This document shows, in pieces, positions 1 to 7,494 of a DNA stretch of 47,211 nucleotides. The notes beneath the pieces were generated by a model, which worked only from the letters and a program-made list of their open reading frames with translations, ran no database searches and was not told the origin of the DNA. The stretch's first letter is position 1. Every line of letters begins with the position of its first letter. Origin of the DNA: a virus; the IMG/VR virus record IMGVR_UViG_3300045988_007086, positions 1 to 47,211 of that record; one strand, given 5' to 3'. Made by a program: the position numbers and the translations under genes.

Positions 1-27
1 TGGGTTCGATTCCCGTACGGGTCACCA
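1..27 (+). other. tRNA 3'-end fragment (T-arm, acceptor 3' strand, discriminator A, CCA), the att core
   Basis: tGGG-TTCGATT-CCCGT-ACGGGTC-A-CCA gives a canonical T-loop, 5-bp T-stem 3' half, 7-nt acceptor strand and CCA. No D-arm or anticodon arm lies upstream in the second copy. Confidence 0.8.
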
Positions 28-38
28 AAAAGAGAAAT

Positions 39-72
39 CCCGCAATTCATTGAGATTGCGGGTTTTTCTTTA
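39..72 (+). terminator. Rho-independent terminator following the tRNA fragment
   Basis: CCCGCAAT / ATTGCGGG stem (39..46 and 55..62), 8-nt loop, then TTTTTCTTT. Confidence 0.7.
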
Positions 73-179
73 CATACCAACGCTTTCCGGGTTTTTGTGC
101 GTTGTAATATCTGACGCATTCTTGCATTGTCTGACGCATTCAGGATGCAATTTTCAACACAAAACGCTAACGAAAAATG

Positions 180-653
180 CTAACGTTTTTGCTTCACAAT
201 GCACCTGTAATACGCGCAAAGCTTTTCCTCCGGGCCGGGGCCGTCCTTGTCCATCAAGAACGCCCGCGCCAGTTCCGCGTAGAACTCCGGCACGTTGACT
301 CCGAATTTCCGCGCCACATCGTAGTAGTCCGAATACATCATGTTCATGGTCACACCCCACGCCCAGCGGGGGATGTCGTGCGGGATGCCGCTCGCATCCG
401 CGACGGCGGAAGTCTGATCCATCGTCCAGTGCGGGCCGGTCGTGCCGTCGGCATTCTGCATGCGCTCGGCCCACTGCATGGCCGTCTCTCGGTCAAACTC
501 TGCCGCTTCCGGCTGGTCTTCGCGGCAGTCCAGCTTTTCCAGCCTGCGGATCGTCTTTGCGTACAGGCCGACTTCCTCCGCGCTGCCCAGCGTCACAGGT
601 TTCTCCATGGCCTCGTGCAGCTTTGTGTAAAGCTTTTCGATATATTCTTTCAT
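180..653 (-). CDS. Hypothetical protein (157 aa), moron region
   Basis: Track ORF 180..791 trimmed to ATG 653, preceded by GGAGG (revcomp of 661..670). Upstream gene stops at 658. No family recognised. Confidence 0.75.
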   Translation of the reverse strand: MKEYIEKLYTKLHEAMEKPVTLGSAEEVGLYAKTIRRLEKLDCREDQPEAAEFDRETAMQWAERMQNADGTTGPHWTMDQTSAVADASGIPHDIPRWAWGVTMNMMYSDYYDVARKFGVNVPEFYAELARAFLMDKDGPGPEEKLCAYYRCIVKQKR

Positions 654-657
654 CTCG

Positions 658-996
658 TCACGCCTCCTGCATGTATCGGTAGAGTTTGTCCACGTCGTTC
701 TGATCAAAGCGCAGCTCGCCAATGATCGGCACCGTGACCGGCAGCTTCTGGCCGTCAAAACGCGGCCTTGCCGCATTATAGAGCCGGTCAAGGTCGATGT
801 TCCCGGCCTCGTCCATTACGCCCATCATCTTTACCGCCGGATTCTCGCGCAGCGCAAGGATCTTCTCGCGGCTGCCCTCCATGATGAGTGCCAGCATGAT
901 CCCGGCCCCGATGCCCTTGCCGCCCGGCAGGTGTGGAATGACCTCATTGTCCGCGTAGCGCATCGCGCCGCGCATGGCCTGATCTATCGTTACCAT
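658..996 (-). CDS. Hypothetical protein (112 aa)
   Basis: ATG 996 with GGAGG 7 nt upstream; tightly packed with 180..653. Confidence 0.75.
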   Translation of the reverse strand: MVTIDQAMRGAMRYADNEVIPHLPGGKGIGAGIMLALIMEGSREKILALRENPAVKMMGVMDEAGNIDLDRLYNAARPRFDGQKLPVTVPIIGELRFDQNDVDKLYRYMQEA

Positions 997-1045
997 AAGG
1001 ATACCTCCGTGTTAAGAGTGGGGCGGCGCTTGCCGCCCCTTTTGC

Positions 1046-1681
1046 TTAGCTGTTGCAGCACCCGCCGCACTTCTGGATCGGGTTGTAGAGCGTCTGCGCC
1101 GTGGTCGCGGTGCCCGTGGTGACGTCGGCGACCTGCTTCGGGTAAAAGGTCGCGTTGACGTAGGTGACGATGGAGTTGTCACCGCAGCAGCGGCGCTCGG
1201 CCTCCATCTTGATCGCATCAAGCGCTTCCTTGCGGACGGACTCGACGTCCTGCTTTACCAGCGTGAAACTGTCCTCAGTGCGCTGGTTGTGGACGGCCTG
1301 CTTGCACAGCGCCTCACGGACGTCCTTGAGCTGCCTGTCGATATAACCGTACACCTCCAGCATCTTGCCGTCGTTGTACGTGTTGGCCTTGAGCAGCGCG
1401 ATCTCGCTGTCCTTCGCGGCCAGCTTCTGCTCCCGGTCGAGATCGTAGCGCGTGACCGGCATGTTCTCGCTGCACGTCGGTTCCTGCTGCCGTGCGGCGA
1501 GCATGGCGGCGACCGTCATGGCAGGCGTAACTGCTGCAACGACGTCAGCGGCTGCCGGCTTGTTGTTCTGTCCGATGCCGCCCAGCAGATTGCCGAGCCC
1601 GCCGTTTGCCAGACTCATCGCAGCGCCGCCGATGCCAAAGCCCAGCGCAGTCCCCGCGAGTCCCTTGCTTGCGTACTCCAT
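1046..1681 (-). CDS. Hypothetical protein (211 aa) with glycine-zipper N-terminus, coiled-coil middle and Cys-rich C-terminus (CC...CGGCC)
   Basis: Track ORF 1046..1810 trimmed to ATG 1681 with GGAGG upstream. N-terminus is GLAGTALGFGIGGAAMSLANGGLGNLLGGIG. C-terminus is RRCCGDN...IQKCGGCCNS. Confidence 0.7.
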   Translation of the reverse strand: MEYASKGLAGTALGFGIGGAAMSLANGGLGNLLGGIGQNNKPAAADVVAAVTPAMTVAAMLAARQQEPTCSENMPVTRYDLDREQKLAAKDSEIALLKANTYNDGKMLEVYGYIDRQLKDVREALCKQAVHNQRTEDSFTLVKQDVESVRKEALDAIKMEAERRCCGDNSIVTYVNATFYPKQVADVTTGTATTAQTLYNPIQKCGGCCNS

Positions 1682-1791
1682 AGTAGTACCTCCGATAAAA
1701 TAGTAAGCTGGCCAGCTCCTATGCTCATTATGAGGCATCCACGAAGAACAAAAAACCAACTCTTCGGCCACTTTTCGGGCACAAAATGTAT

Positions 1792-1822
1792 AAAAAAACA
1801 GCCACTCCATACGGAGTGGCTG
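1792..1822 (-). terminator. Rho-independent terminator after the NYN gene
   Basis: Minus strand reads CAGCCACTCC-GTAT-GGAGTGGCTG (10-bp stem) followed by TTTTTTT. Confidence 0.85.
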
Positions 1823-1839
1823 CCTTCACATATGATAGT

Positions 1840-2547
1840 TTAATCCTGTTTTTCAATTGGCATGATCATCTTCTTATGTTCCCGCTTCTTCCAGCACGAC
1901 TTAAGCCCGTCAATGTGCTCGAACAAGTCCTTGGGAATGGTTGCCTCCATTGGATCAAGAATGAAGTCAATTCCCTCTCGTCTGGCCAGTTTTGCTGCTG
2001 GCACAAAGTCGCTGTCGCCTGCCAGTAAAATTATCTGATCTACTTGTTTTTTATACGCAAGTGACGCAATATCTAATCCGATGCGCATATCAACGCCTTT
2101 CTGGTTGAAGGAGATCGTAAAATCTGATTCCGTTAAATCCTCAACGCTTCGTTCCTTTCTGCACAGTGCCTTTGTAGCATCCGCCGAAAGTGCAAAGTGC
2201 GCGCCGGCATCAGACAGCCGACCCATTCGGAGTGCGACCTTGCGTTTCTTTTTCAATTCTTCAAAAAATGCATTTGCCCAACGATAAGTATCGGATTTTC
2301 CAAAGTCGATCCCGCACTTCAACGCAGGATGATAGACCGTCTTTTTCAGCGGCGGGCAATCGTAATAGAAGATACGATACAGTTCACGCTCTTCTCTGTG
2401 GTCACTATCCTTCCCTTCATCGCGAATGTGTGCCATGCAGTAGGCATACAATTCGTTTGCGCGGTCAATCGGGCTTTTATCACCCCGAAGGTAAAACGCC
2501 CGCTTTCTGTAAAACGCACCATCTACAAGAATTGCTGTCTTTTTCAT
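1840..2547 (-). CDS. NYN-domain (LabA/DUF88-like, PIN-fold) putative ribonuclease, 235 aa
   Basis: Three acidic NYN motifs are visible: AILVDGAFY, QKGVDMRIGLD and LLAGDSDFVPA...REG. ATG 2547 with AGGAG 7 nt upstream. Visibly more AT-rich than its neighbours. Confidence 0.8.
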   Translation of the reverse strand: MKKTAILVDGAFYRKRAFYLRGDKSPIDRANELYAYCMAHIRDEGKDSDHREERELYRIFYYDCPPLKKTVYHPALKCGIDFGKSDTYRWANAFFEELKKKRKVALRMGRLSDAGAHFALSADATKALCRKERSVEDLTESDFTISFNQKGVDMRIGLDIASLAYKKQVDQIILLAGDSDFVPAAKLARREGIDFILDPMEATIPKDLFEHIDGLKSCWKKREHKKMIMPIEKQD

Positions 2548-2677
2548 ATGTCAGCTCCTAAAAAAATGATGAAGCCCCCGGTTGCAGCATTCCCCGTATG
2601 AATGGGGTGCTTAATACCGGGGGCCTGTTAATGGCACAACGGACGTAGTAAACAAACATTACTTTCGTTGTGCTTAT

Positions 2678-2706
2678 ATATTATGACAGCAAAAATTCAT
2701 TGTCAA
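2678..2706 (-). promoter_or_regulatory. Sigma-70-type promoter for the NYN gene
   Basis: Minus strand reads TTGACA (2706..2701), 17-nt spacer, TAATAT (2683..2678). Confidence 0.6.
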
Positions 2707-2732
2707 CCCATTTAGTAAAATTTAATATTCAG

Positions 2733-2755
2733 GAGCCGCCCTATCCGGGCGGCTC
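2733..2755 (-). terminator. Hairpin/terminator at the end of the lysis operon
   Basis: GAGCCGCCC / GGGCGGCTC 9-bp stem overlapping the stop of 2741..2965. Followed on the minus strand by an A/U-rich tract, not a clean U-run. Confidence 0.5.
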
Positions 2756-2965
2756 TGTTGCATGTTCCCGCAGTACATTCACGCACCGCGCTATGATCTT
2801 CTTGACGCCGTTTACGCTCAGGCCCTCGCGCTCGGCAATGCGCTCATGGCTCCAATCGTCAAGAATCTTCCGTTTCAGGATTTCCCGGTATCGCTCCGAA
2901 AGAATCCATTCGTCGATCAAATGCTCCCAATCGCTGCGGCTCAGACTCGGCAGCCCCCGCAGCAT
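2741..2965 (-). CDS. Small sigma-70 region-4-like HTH protein (74 aa)
   Basis: The pattern DEWILSERYREILKRKILDDWSHERIAEREGLSVNGVKKIIARC resembles region-4 / LuxR-type HTH proteins. Start is coupled to the endolysin stop (AAGTAAGGAGGGCATG). Confidence 0.6.
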   Translation of the reverse strand: MLRGLPSLSRSDWEHLIDEWILSERYREILKRKILDDWSHERIAEREGLSVNGVKKIIARCVNVLREHATEPPG

Positions 2966-2974
2966 ACGCCCTCC

Positions 2975-3670
2975 TTACTTCGTGTCCAGCACGGCGATAT
3001 TGCCCTTATTGCTGACCCTCAGGCCCAGCGCGGCGGCGATATCGCGCACCTTTACATAGTTCGTGCCGTTTTTCAGGATACGTTCGACGGCGACCTCCTT
3101 GCCGTCCACGATCATTTTGCTTTTTTCTACCACTTCATCTTCAAACCTTTCCAAGAATTTTTTCCACTGCTCGTTGCCAGTGGTGTGATAGTAGGTGTTC
3201 ATGTCCGTGCCTACAAAAGGACGCGGGCAGTACTTCCCGGACACATCATAGTGCCGGATAATGTGATCAGCCGGAATGTTGTGCTCCTCCATGAGCTTGC
3301 AGATGAGCCACTCGGCATTGTCCAGCACCTTTTTCTCGAAGAACCAGTCTGTGTCGTAGGCTCCCATGCGCTTCGGATTGACCTTCTTCGGTCTCAGCTC
3401 TACGCCGATGGAGTTCCAGTTCCGGCACTCCGGATGCAGCGTACCGTCTCCGCAGTGCCACGCCACATCCGTGTCCTTGACGCACCGGTAAATGATATCG
3501 CCCTCGTCTACGGCGTAGTGCGCGCTGGCTCTGGCCTGCGGGTTTTTGAACCACTCGGCCACGCTGGCCGCAGAGCCGAGTGCGCCGAAGTAGTGGACGA
3601 CGATCCATTTCGGCGTGCATCCGCCCGCTCGATGGTTGATCGGCGTGAGTGCGTCCTTAATTACCGGCAT
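2975..3670 (-). CDS. Endolysin: N-acetylmuramoyl-L-alanine amidase (Amidase_2/PGRP) with a C-terminal wall-binding-like domain
   Basis: IVVHYFGA...SAHYAVDEGDIIYRCVKDTDVAWHCGDG...NSIGVEL is typical of Amidase_2. Trimmed to ATG 3670 with GGAGG 8 nt upstream. Sits after the holin genes. Confidence 0.9.
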   Translation of the reverse strand: MPVIKDALTPINHRAGGCTPKWIVVHYFGALGSAASVAEWFKNPQARASAHYAVDEGDIIYRCVKDTDVAWHCGDGTLHPECRNWNSIGVELRPKKVNPKRMGAYDTDWFFEKKVLDNAEWLICKLMEEHNIPADHIIRHYDVSGKYCPRPFVGTDMNTYYHTTGNEQWKKFLERFEDEVVEKSKMIVDGKEVAVERILKNGTNYVKVRDIAAALGLRVSNKGNIAVLDTK

Positions 3671-3872
3671 TGGTTGCGCCTCCATCCACTGCATCCTGCA
3701 CCTTCTGGCTCTGCGTGCCGAAGTAGAACGCGATGATTACCGCGTAGATTGTCATGAAGTCCTGCGAGATCTTCTCGGCCACCGCCATGTAGGCGAACAC
3801 GCCCGTCAGAACCAGCGTCACAAGGCTCTTCACGCTCAGGAGATTCCCGAGCCGCTTGATGATCTTATCCAT
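3657..3872 (-). CDS. Holin (71 aa, two predicted TM segments)
   Basis: Trimmed to ATG 3872 with GGAGG upstream. Hydrophobic stretches SLVTLVLTGVFAYMAV and FMTIYAVIIAFYFG. Overlaps the endolysin start. Confidence 0.75.
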   Translation of the reverse strand: MDKIIKRLGNLLSVKSLVTLVLTGVFAYMAVAEKISQDFMTIYAVIIAFYFGTQSQKVQDAVDGGATNAGN

Positions 3873-4125
3873 CGTATGTACCTCCATCGTCTTTATCATT
3901 TGGTTTTGCAAATACTCTCTTGAGCAGGAGCAAAATCAGCTCCCCGCCGAAGGCCGCGCCCGCGAATACCAGCACATCCGAAAGGTCGCACGTCCTATCC
4001 AGCAGGACGGCGGCGGTTTTCAGGATCATCGCCCATGTGGCCACTGCCGTGAGCATCCACAGGCAGTAGTATACAAGCTCGCGGGCCATACGGCCCTTTG
4101 TCCATCGTTTCTTGTCTCTGCGCAT
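3865..4125 (-). CDS. Small membrane protein of the lysis cassette (86 aa, holin-like)
   Basis: Two hydrophobic helices. ATGA overlap with the upstream gene at 4125. Confidence 0.6.
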   Translation of the reverse strand: MRRDKKRWTKGRMARELVYYCLWMLTAVATWAMILKTAAVLLDRTCDLSDVLVFAGAAFGGELILLLLKRVFAKPNDKDDGGTYDG

Positions 4126-4517
4126 CAGCCCAGCCCCAGCTTCGCCAGCGCAAATCCAATCAGCCCTGCAAGGATCGCCGTGATAACTCCCTTTACGACC
4201 GCCTCCCAGCGGCTTCCCGGCAGCGCCTTGATGCTTTTCACATCGGCCTTGATCTCGTTCACGTTTTCCTCGATCGCCTCCTGCTTGGTCGCCAGCACCT
4301 CCACCGAGGTCGCCAGCTGATGCAGCGCCCTGTTGTCTGCCTCCAGCTCATCGATCCTGTGCGAGTTGCTCTTGCATCGCGCCTCCACGGAGGCGATCTG
4401 CGCCTGAATTCCATCATCCATCTTGATACTCCTTTCAAAGCTTTCTATTTCGCACTCCGGGCAAACCATCCTGCCCTCCGGCACGGCCCGTCCGCAGCAT
4501 ACGCAAGTATCCATCAC
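4125..4517 (-). CDS. XhlA-like lysis-associated protein with an N-terminal zinc ribbon (130 aa; alternative internal start at 4421 gives 98 aa)
   Basis: Coiled coil plus C-terminal TM (VVKGVITAILAGLIGFALAKLG), as in XhlA. N-terminus carries CVCCG...CPEC. Both ATG 4517 (GGAG upstream, ATGA-coupled) and ATG 4421 (AGGAG upstream) have an RBS. Confidence 0.6.
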   Translation of the reverse strand: MMDTCVCCGRAVPEGRMVCPECEIESFERSIKMDDGIQAQIASVEARCKSNSHRIDELEADNRALHQLATSVEVLATKQEAIEENVNEIKADVKSIKALPGSRWEAVVKGVITAILAGLIGFALAKLGLG

Positions 4518-6445
4518 CTGATCTCCTCATTGATCGTCGCAATTACCGCCGACGCATCCGTGCAGATCAGACTTACGCGGATGTAGTGCTCACCGGGTGC
4601 TGTTACCGTGACGATGTCTCCATTGCTGGCGAAATTGAGACTATTCCATGCATGTCCGTTGTATATGTAGCTTGTAGATACCAACGTTGCCGTTGCGCTG
4701 TACTCTGCTGCTGCACTTTTCCCATCATTCGCAGCGGGGAGACTCACACCCTTTATGCGAAGCGTATCGCCAGCCGAAAGGTGAATAAGGCTTGTTGCGT
4801 CCATATTTGCGCCGATTGTCGCCCATCCTACCTGCGCTTTGTTCGTGCCGCTCGATGTGCTCAGCCGCGTATCCGCAGATATGCCGACAGTATTGATGAT
4901 GTTTGTGATCTCTGCTGCACAGGTAATCACAATGTCGCCCAATACTTTTGGAATTGTGATCGTGCTGCCGGATACCACCGAAGCGGAAATGTCAACCCCG
5001 CGCATTGTGACAGTGATCGTGCCAAGCTTTTTGTATGTTCCCGTAGGCGTGAGCGTCGTAGTGTAGGCTGTGCCCTCGGCAATGCTGTCAGCCGTGTTGG
5101 AAGATGCACAGTTGGTGAGATTTAGCTTGATGTCGTAAGTCACAGACGGTGCAGAGGCCGCCGCAGTGATCGTGACTGCTCCCGTCACCTTTGCGATGTT
5201 GATTGCCCCACTACCTGCTGAATAAGCTGTAGATGTAATGTCCACGCCGCCCATTTTGATTACTACCGATGTGATTGTCTTTCCGCTTTCCGGCGTGATA
5301 GTCGCGGTGTACGCCTCGCCGTAATCCACCTGAGATGCACCGTTGCTGATCGTGCATCCTGTGAGATTTTTGGTGATGCTCTGATACCAGTGCAGCGTCT
5401 CTGGCGTTCCGTTGGTCATAGCCGCGCGGTAAGCGTTGATATCAGCCAGCGATATTCCGCATGTGCCAACCGCGAAGTGAACGCATTTGTCACGGAAGCT
5501 GTCACCGGAAACGGCCTTAATGGCATTGATAAGTCCAATCCACTCTGGTTCATTTCTCCGCCGCGCGAGGGCGTCCGTTCCCGAACCGGAATAAAATGTA
5601 GTCAACTCGTAGTCCTTGTCGATATTGCTCTGACTCATACCGAGCAGCCCTTCAAGCACACAAGCCAGCGTGCCGGTTCTGTCCGCGCCTGCCGTGCAAT
5701 GGAAATACACCGGCTCCCGGTGTGTCACCGCGTCAATCACGCACCGGAGGTAGAGCTGCCACGTTGCAACCGGCACCAGTGCGTAAGACGCTGCCTTGTC
5801 GGCAATCGTAAACCACACATCGCTGCCAAGCGGGGATTCCGTTGCAACATCGCCATCGGACGGATCGCGTCCCTCTTTGCCTCTGAGATCGATTTCATGC
5901 TGCACGCCGAGCTGGCCGACCAATACCGCCCGATCTGCGGCAGAGATACGCCCGCCTCGAATCAGCAGCCCGTATTTCACGGTGCCGCCGTCGCAGGCCC
6001 AGCCTCCCAGATCGCGCACATTCCACGCTTCTGCGGAGTTGTTGCGCGTGCGAATCCAGCGTAGCGCATCCAGCGGCTTGAGCGTCCCCGCAGCATTGTT
6101 CCCGGCAAATGGCGTGAGGACATTCGGCACTTCGTTGTAGTGCGTCACCCCGCCCGCCTCCTGCCCGATTGGCTTGTAGTTGCCCACAACTGCCGTCGCA
6201 GGCGCATAATTTGCAATCTGCGACGTGCTGTAATCAGCGGGATCGTATGTGACGTTTGCGAGGTAGTTTCGAACCAGCTCCGGGCATTGATGCCATTCTA
6301 AGGCTTCCACAGCGCCGGTCTCGATTGCCTGAATGGCAGACACAAACCCGGACGGGTACACCAGCTGCGCATCCGTGCCTCCCTTCGCTCGGATTGCGTC
6401 GGCGACAGCCGTCAGATCTGCCGTGTTTGTCAGGTATTCCGCCAT
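4514..6445 (-). CDS. Tail fibre / receptor-binding protein (643 aa) with an embedded tyrosine-phosphatase-like domain, two Ig-like repeats and a C-terminal domain
   Basis: Trimmed to ATG 6445 (ATGA overlap with the collagen fibre gene). Carries WNVRDLGG, then HCTAGADRTG (5672..5701), the CX5R P-loop. Two roughly 80-aa repeats at 4910..5389. It is the last structural gene before lysis. Confidence 0.8.
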   Translation of the reverse strand: MAEYLTNTADLTAVADAIRAKGGTDAQLVYPSGFVSAIQAIETGAVEALEWHQCPELVRNYLANVTYDPADYSTSQIANYAPATAVVGNYKPIGQEAGGVTHYNEVPNVLTPFAGNNAAGTLKPLDALRWIRTRNNSAEAWNVRDLGGWACDGGTVKYGLLIRGGRISAADRAVLVGQLGVQHEIDLRGKEGRDPSDGDVATESPLGSDVWFTIADKAASYALVPVATWQLYLRCVIDAVTHREPVYFHCTAGADRTGTLACVLEGLLGMSQSNIDKDYELTTFYSGSGTDALARRRNEPEWIGLINAIKAVSGDSFRDKCVHFAVGTCGISLADINAYRAAMTNGTPETLHWYQSITKNLTGCTISNGASQVDYGEAYTATITPESGKTITSVVIKMGGVDITSTAYSAGSGAINIAKVTGAVTITAAASAPSVTYDIKLNLTNCASSNTADSIAEGTAYTTTLTPTGTYKKLGTITVTMRGVDISASVVSGSTITIPKVLGDIVITCAAEITNIINTVGISADTRLSTSSGTNKAQVGWATIGANMDATSLIHLSAGDTLRIKGVSLPAANDGKSAAAEYSATATLVSTSYIYNGHAWNSLNFASNGDIVTVTAPGEHYIRVSLICTDASAVIATINEEIR

Positions 6446-7494
6446 CAGAAGCTCCCTCCATTCGCGTTTGCGATCTCTACAGCTGCCCATGCTCCATCCA
6501 CAACGCGCAGGAATTTCCCGTTATCAGCGGATGTAACAGATGGAACACCTTTTGGAATTTCCACGGTTTTCGCCGCGCTTCCGTCGTAGCTCGTTGTCGT
6601 ATCGCCGATCTTGATGTTGAGCGAATAAGGATTTTTGAGTTCCGTCGGAATCGTGGGGATATCGGACTCTTTCGCCAGCGTTCCGGCCCATGCCATCCAA
6701 GCGAACCCGTTGAATGCCACAACTAGATACATCGGTTTTTGCGTCGGATCGTTTGATCCAAGCGCTCCAAATCCAAGCACCACCAACCCGGAAACGCTTG
6801 CCGTGAGCGCAAGTGGAAGTGTGAATGGTCTGTCAGCATCGCTGAACTTTGCAATCGCATACACCGCATACCCTGCCGCATAGGCCGCATACACCTCCTC
6901 AGCCGTTTTGTCTGCGGTTGCGTTGTTGCCGTTTCCTTGCGTCACCGTCACATAAAACGCGCTCTTCGCTGCGCCAGTCGCGCCATTCACGCTTTTAACC
7001 GGCACATCATCCGCGCCGATGGGCGTGAACCCGAGCGCACCGACAACCGCATCCTTCGTGACATTCGCATTGTCCCCGTTTGCGCCCTTCGGAATTCCGA
7101 GGTTAAGCGTAGGCTGTGCGGCTGTTCCGCCCATGCTTGCCGTAGCCTCGCTTCCTGCGGGCAGCGTCGTCACCGTCCCTATCTTGATATCCGGCGTCAC
7201 GCCATCCTTACCGGGTGCTCCATCCTTGCCGGGTGCTCCATCCTCACCGGGTACTCCATCCTTGCCGGGGCTTCCGTCTTTGCCGGGAGCTCCGTCCGGG
7301 CCTGCGGGGCCTGTCGCACCCCTCGACGGCTTCCCGGTGTCCTCGTCTCCGAGATACCAGTTCCCGTTTGCTCCGATCGTCGGCGTAATGCCGTCCTTGC
7401 CGTCCTGCCCGGTGCCGCCGCCTCCGCCCGCCGGAATCTCATAGGTATCCGGAAGCCCCGGAAATGTAACTGATTTTAATGGTTTTTTCACCAA
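6445..7494 (-). CDS. Collagen-like (GXY repeat) tail fibre protein, 349 aa
   Basis: Contains GATGPAGPDGAPGKDGSPGKDGVPGEDGAPGKDGAPGKDG. TTG 7494 (or GTG 7491) after GGGAGGTG. Confidence 0.85.
   Translation of the reverse strand: MVKKPLKSVTFPGLPDTYEIPAGGGGGTGQDGKDGITPTIGANGNWYLGDEDTGKPSRGATGPAGPDGAPGKDGSPGKDGVPGEDGAPGKDGAPGKDGVTPDIKIGTVTTLPAGSEATASMGGTAAQPTLNLGIPKGANGDNANVTKDAVVGALGFTPIGADDVPVKSVNGATGAAKSAFYVTVTQGNGNNATADKTAEEVYAAYAAGYAVYAIAKFSDADRPFTLPLALTASVSGLVVLGFGALGSNDPTQKPMYLVVAFNGFAWMAWAGTLAKESDIPTIPTELKNPYSLNIKIGDTTTSYDGSAAKTVEIPKGVPSVTSADNGKFLRVVDGAWAAVEIANANGGSF
7195..7330. repeat. Tandem 9/18-bp repeats encoding the GXY triplets
   Basis: ccatccttgccgggtgct-type units are repeated. 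Confidence 0.8.

Larger units (their letters stand above)
1..4432. repeat. Left copy of exact 4,432-bp direct repeat (same as 42780..47211)
   Basis: Every ORF in 1..4432 recurs at +42779 with an identical translation. Sequence lines compared by eye are identical. The repeat runs to both window edges. Confidence 0.95.

Noticed and set aside
1-27. A complete tRNA gene at the window start and at 42780
   Set aside because: Only the T-arm, acceptor 3' strand and CCA are present. In the second copy the upstream sequence is the non-tRNA integrase-distal spacer.
1019-1045. GC hairpin GGGGCGGC/GCCGCCCC as a terminator between 1046..1681 and 658..996
   Set aside because: Its U-tract is on the plus strand, where there is no gene to terminate. 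On the coding (minus) strand no U-run follows. It is noted as a possible processing or stability element only.
180-1810. N-terminal extensions of track ORFs (for example 180..791, 1046..1810, 25734..27587, 33026..33643, 39055..39459, 39943..40437)
   Set aside because: The extensions overlap upstream genes or regulatory DNA and are Arg/Cys-rich nonsense. Internal ATG or GTG codons with GGAGG-type RBSs give compact, coupled genes.
4514-5400. Diversity-generating retroelement targeting the tail-fibre C-terminus
   Set aside because: There is no reverse transcriptase gene and no template-repeat copy anywhere in the unit. The two Ig-like repeats are ordinary diverged domain duplications.
7019-7444. 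Proline-rich plus-strand ORF (PSLPGAPSLPGAPSSPG...)
   Set aside because: It is the reverse-complement reading of the collagen GXY repeats, not an independent gene.
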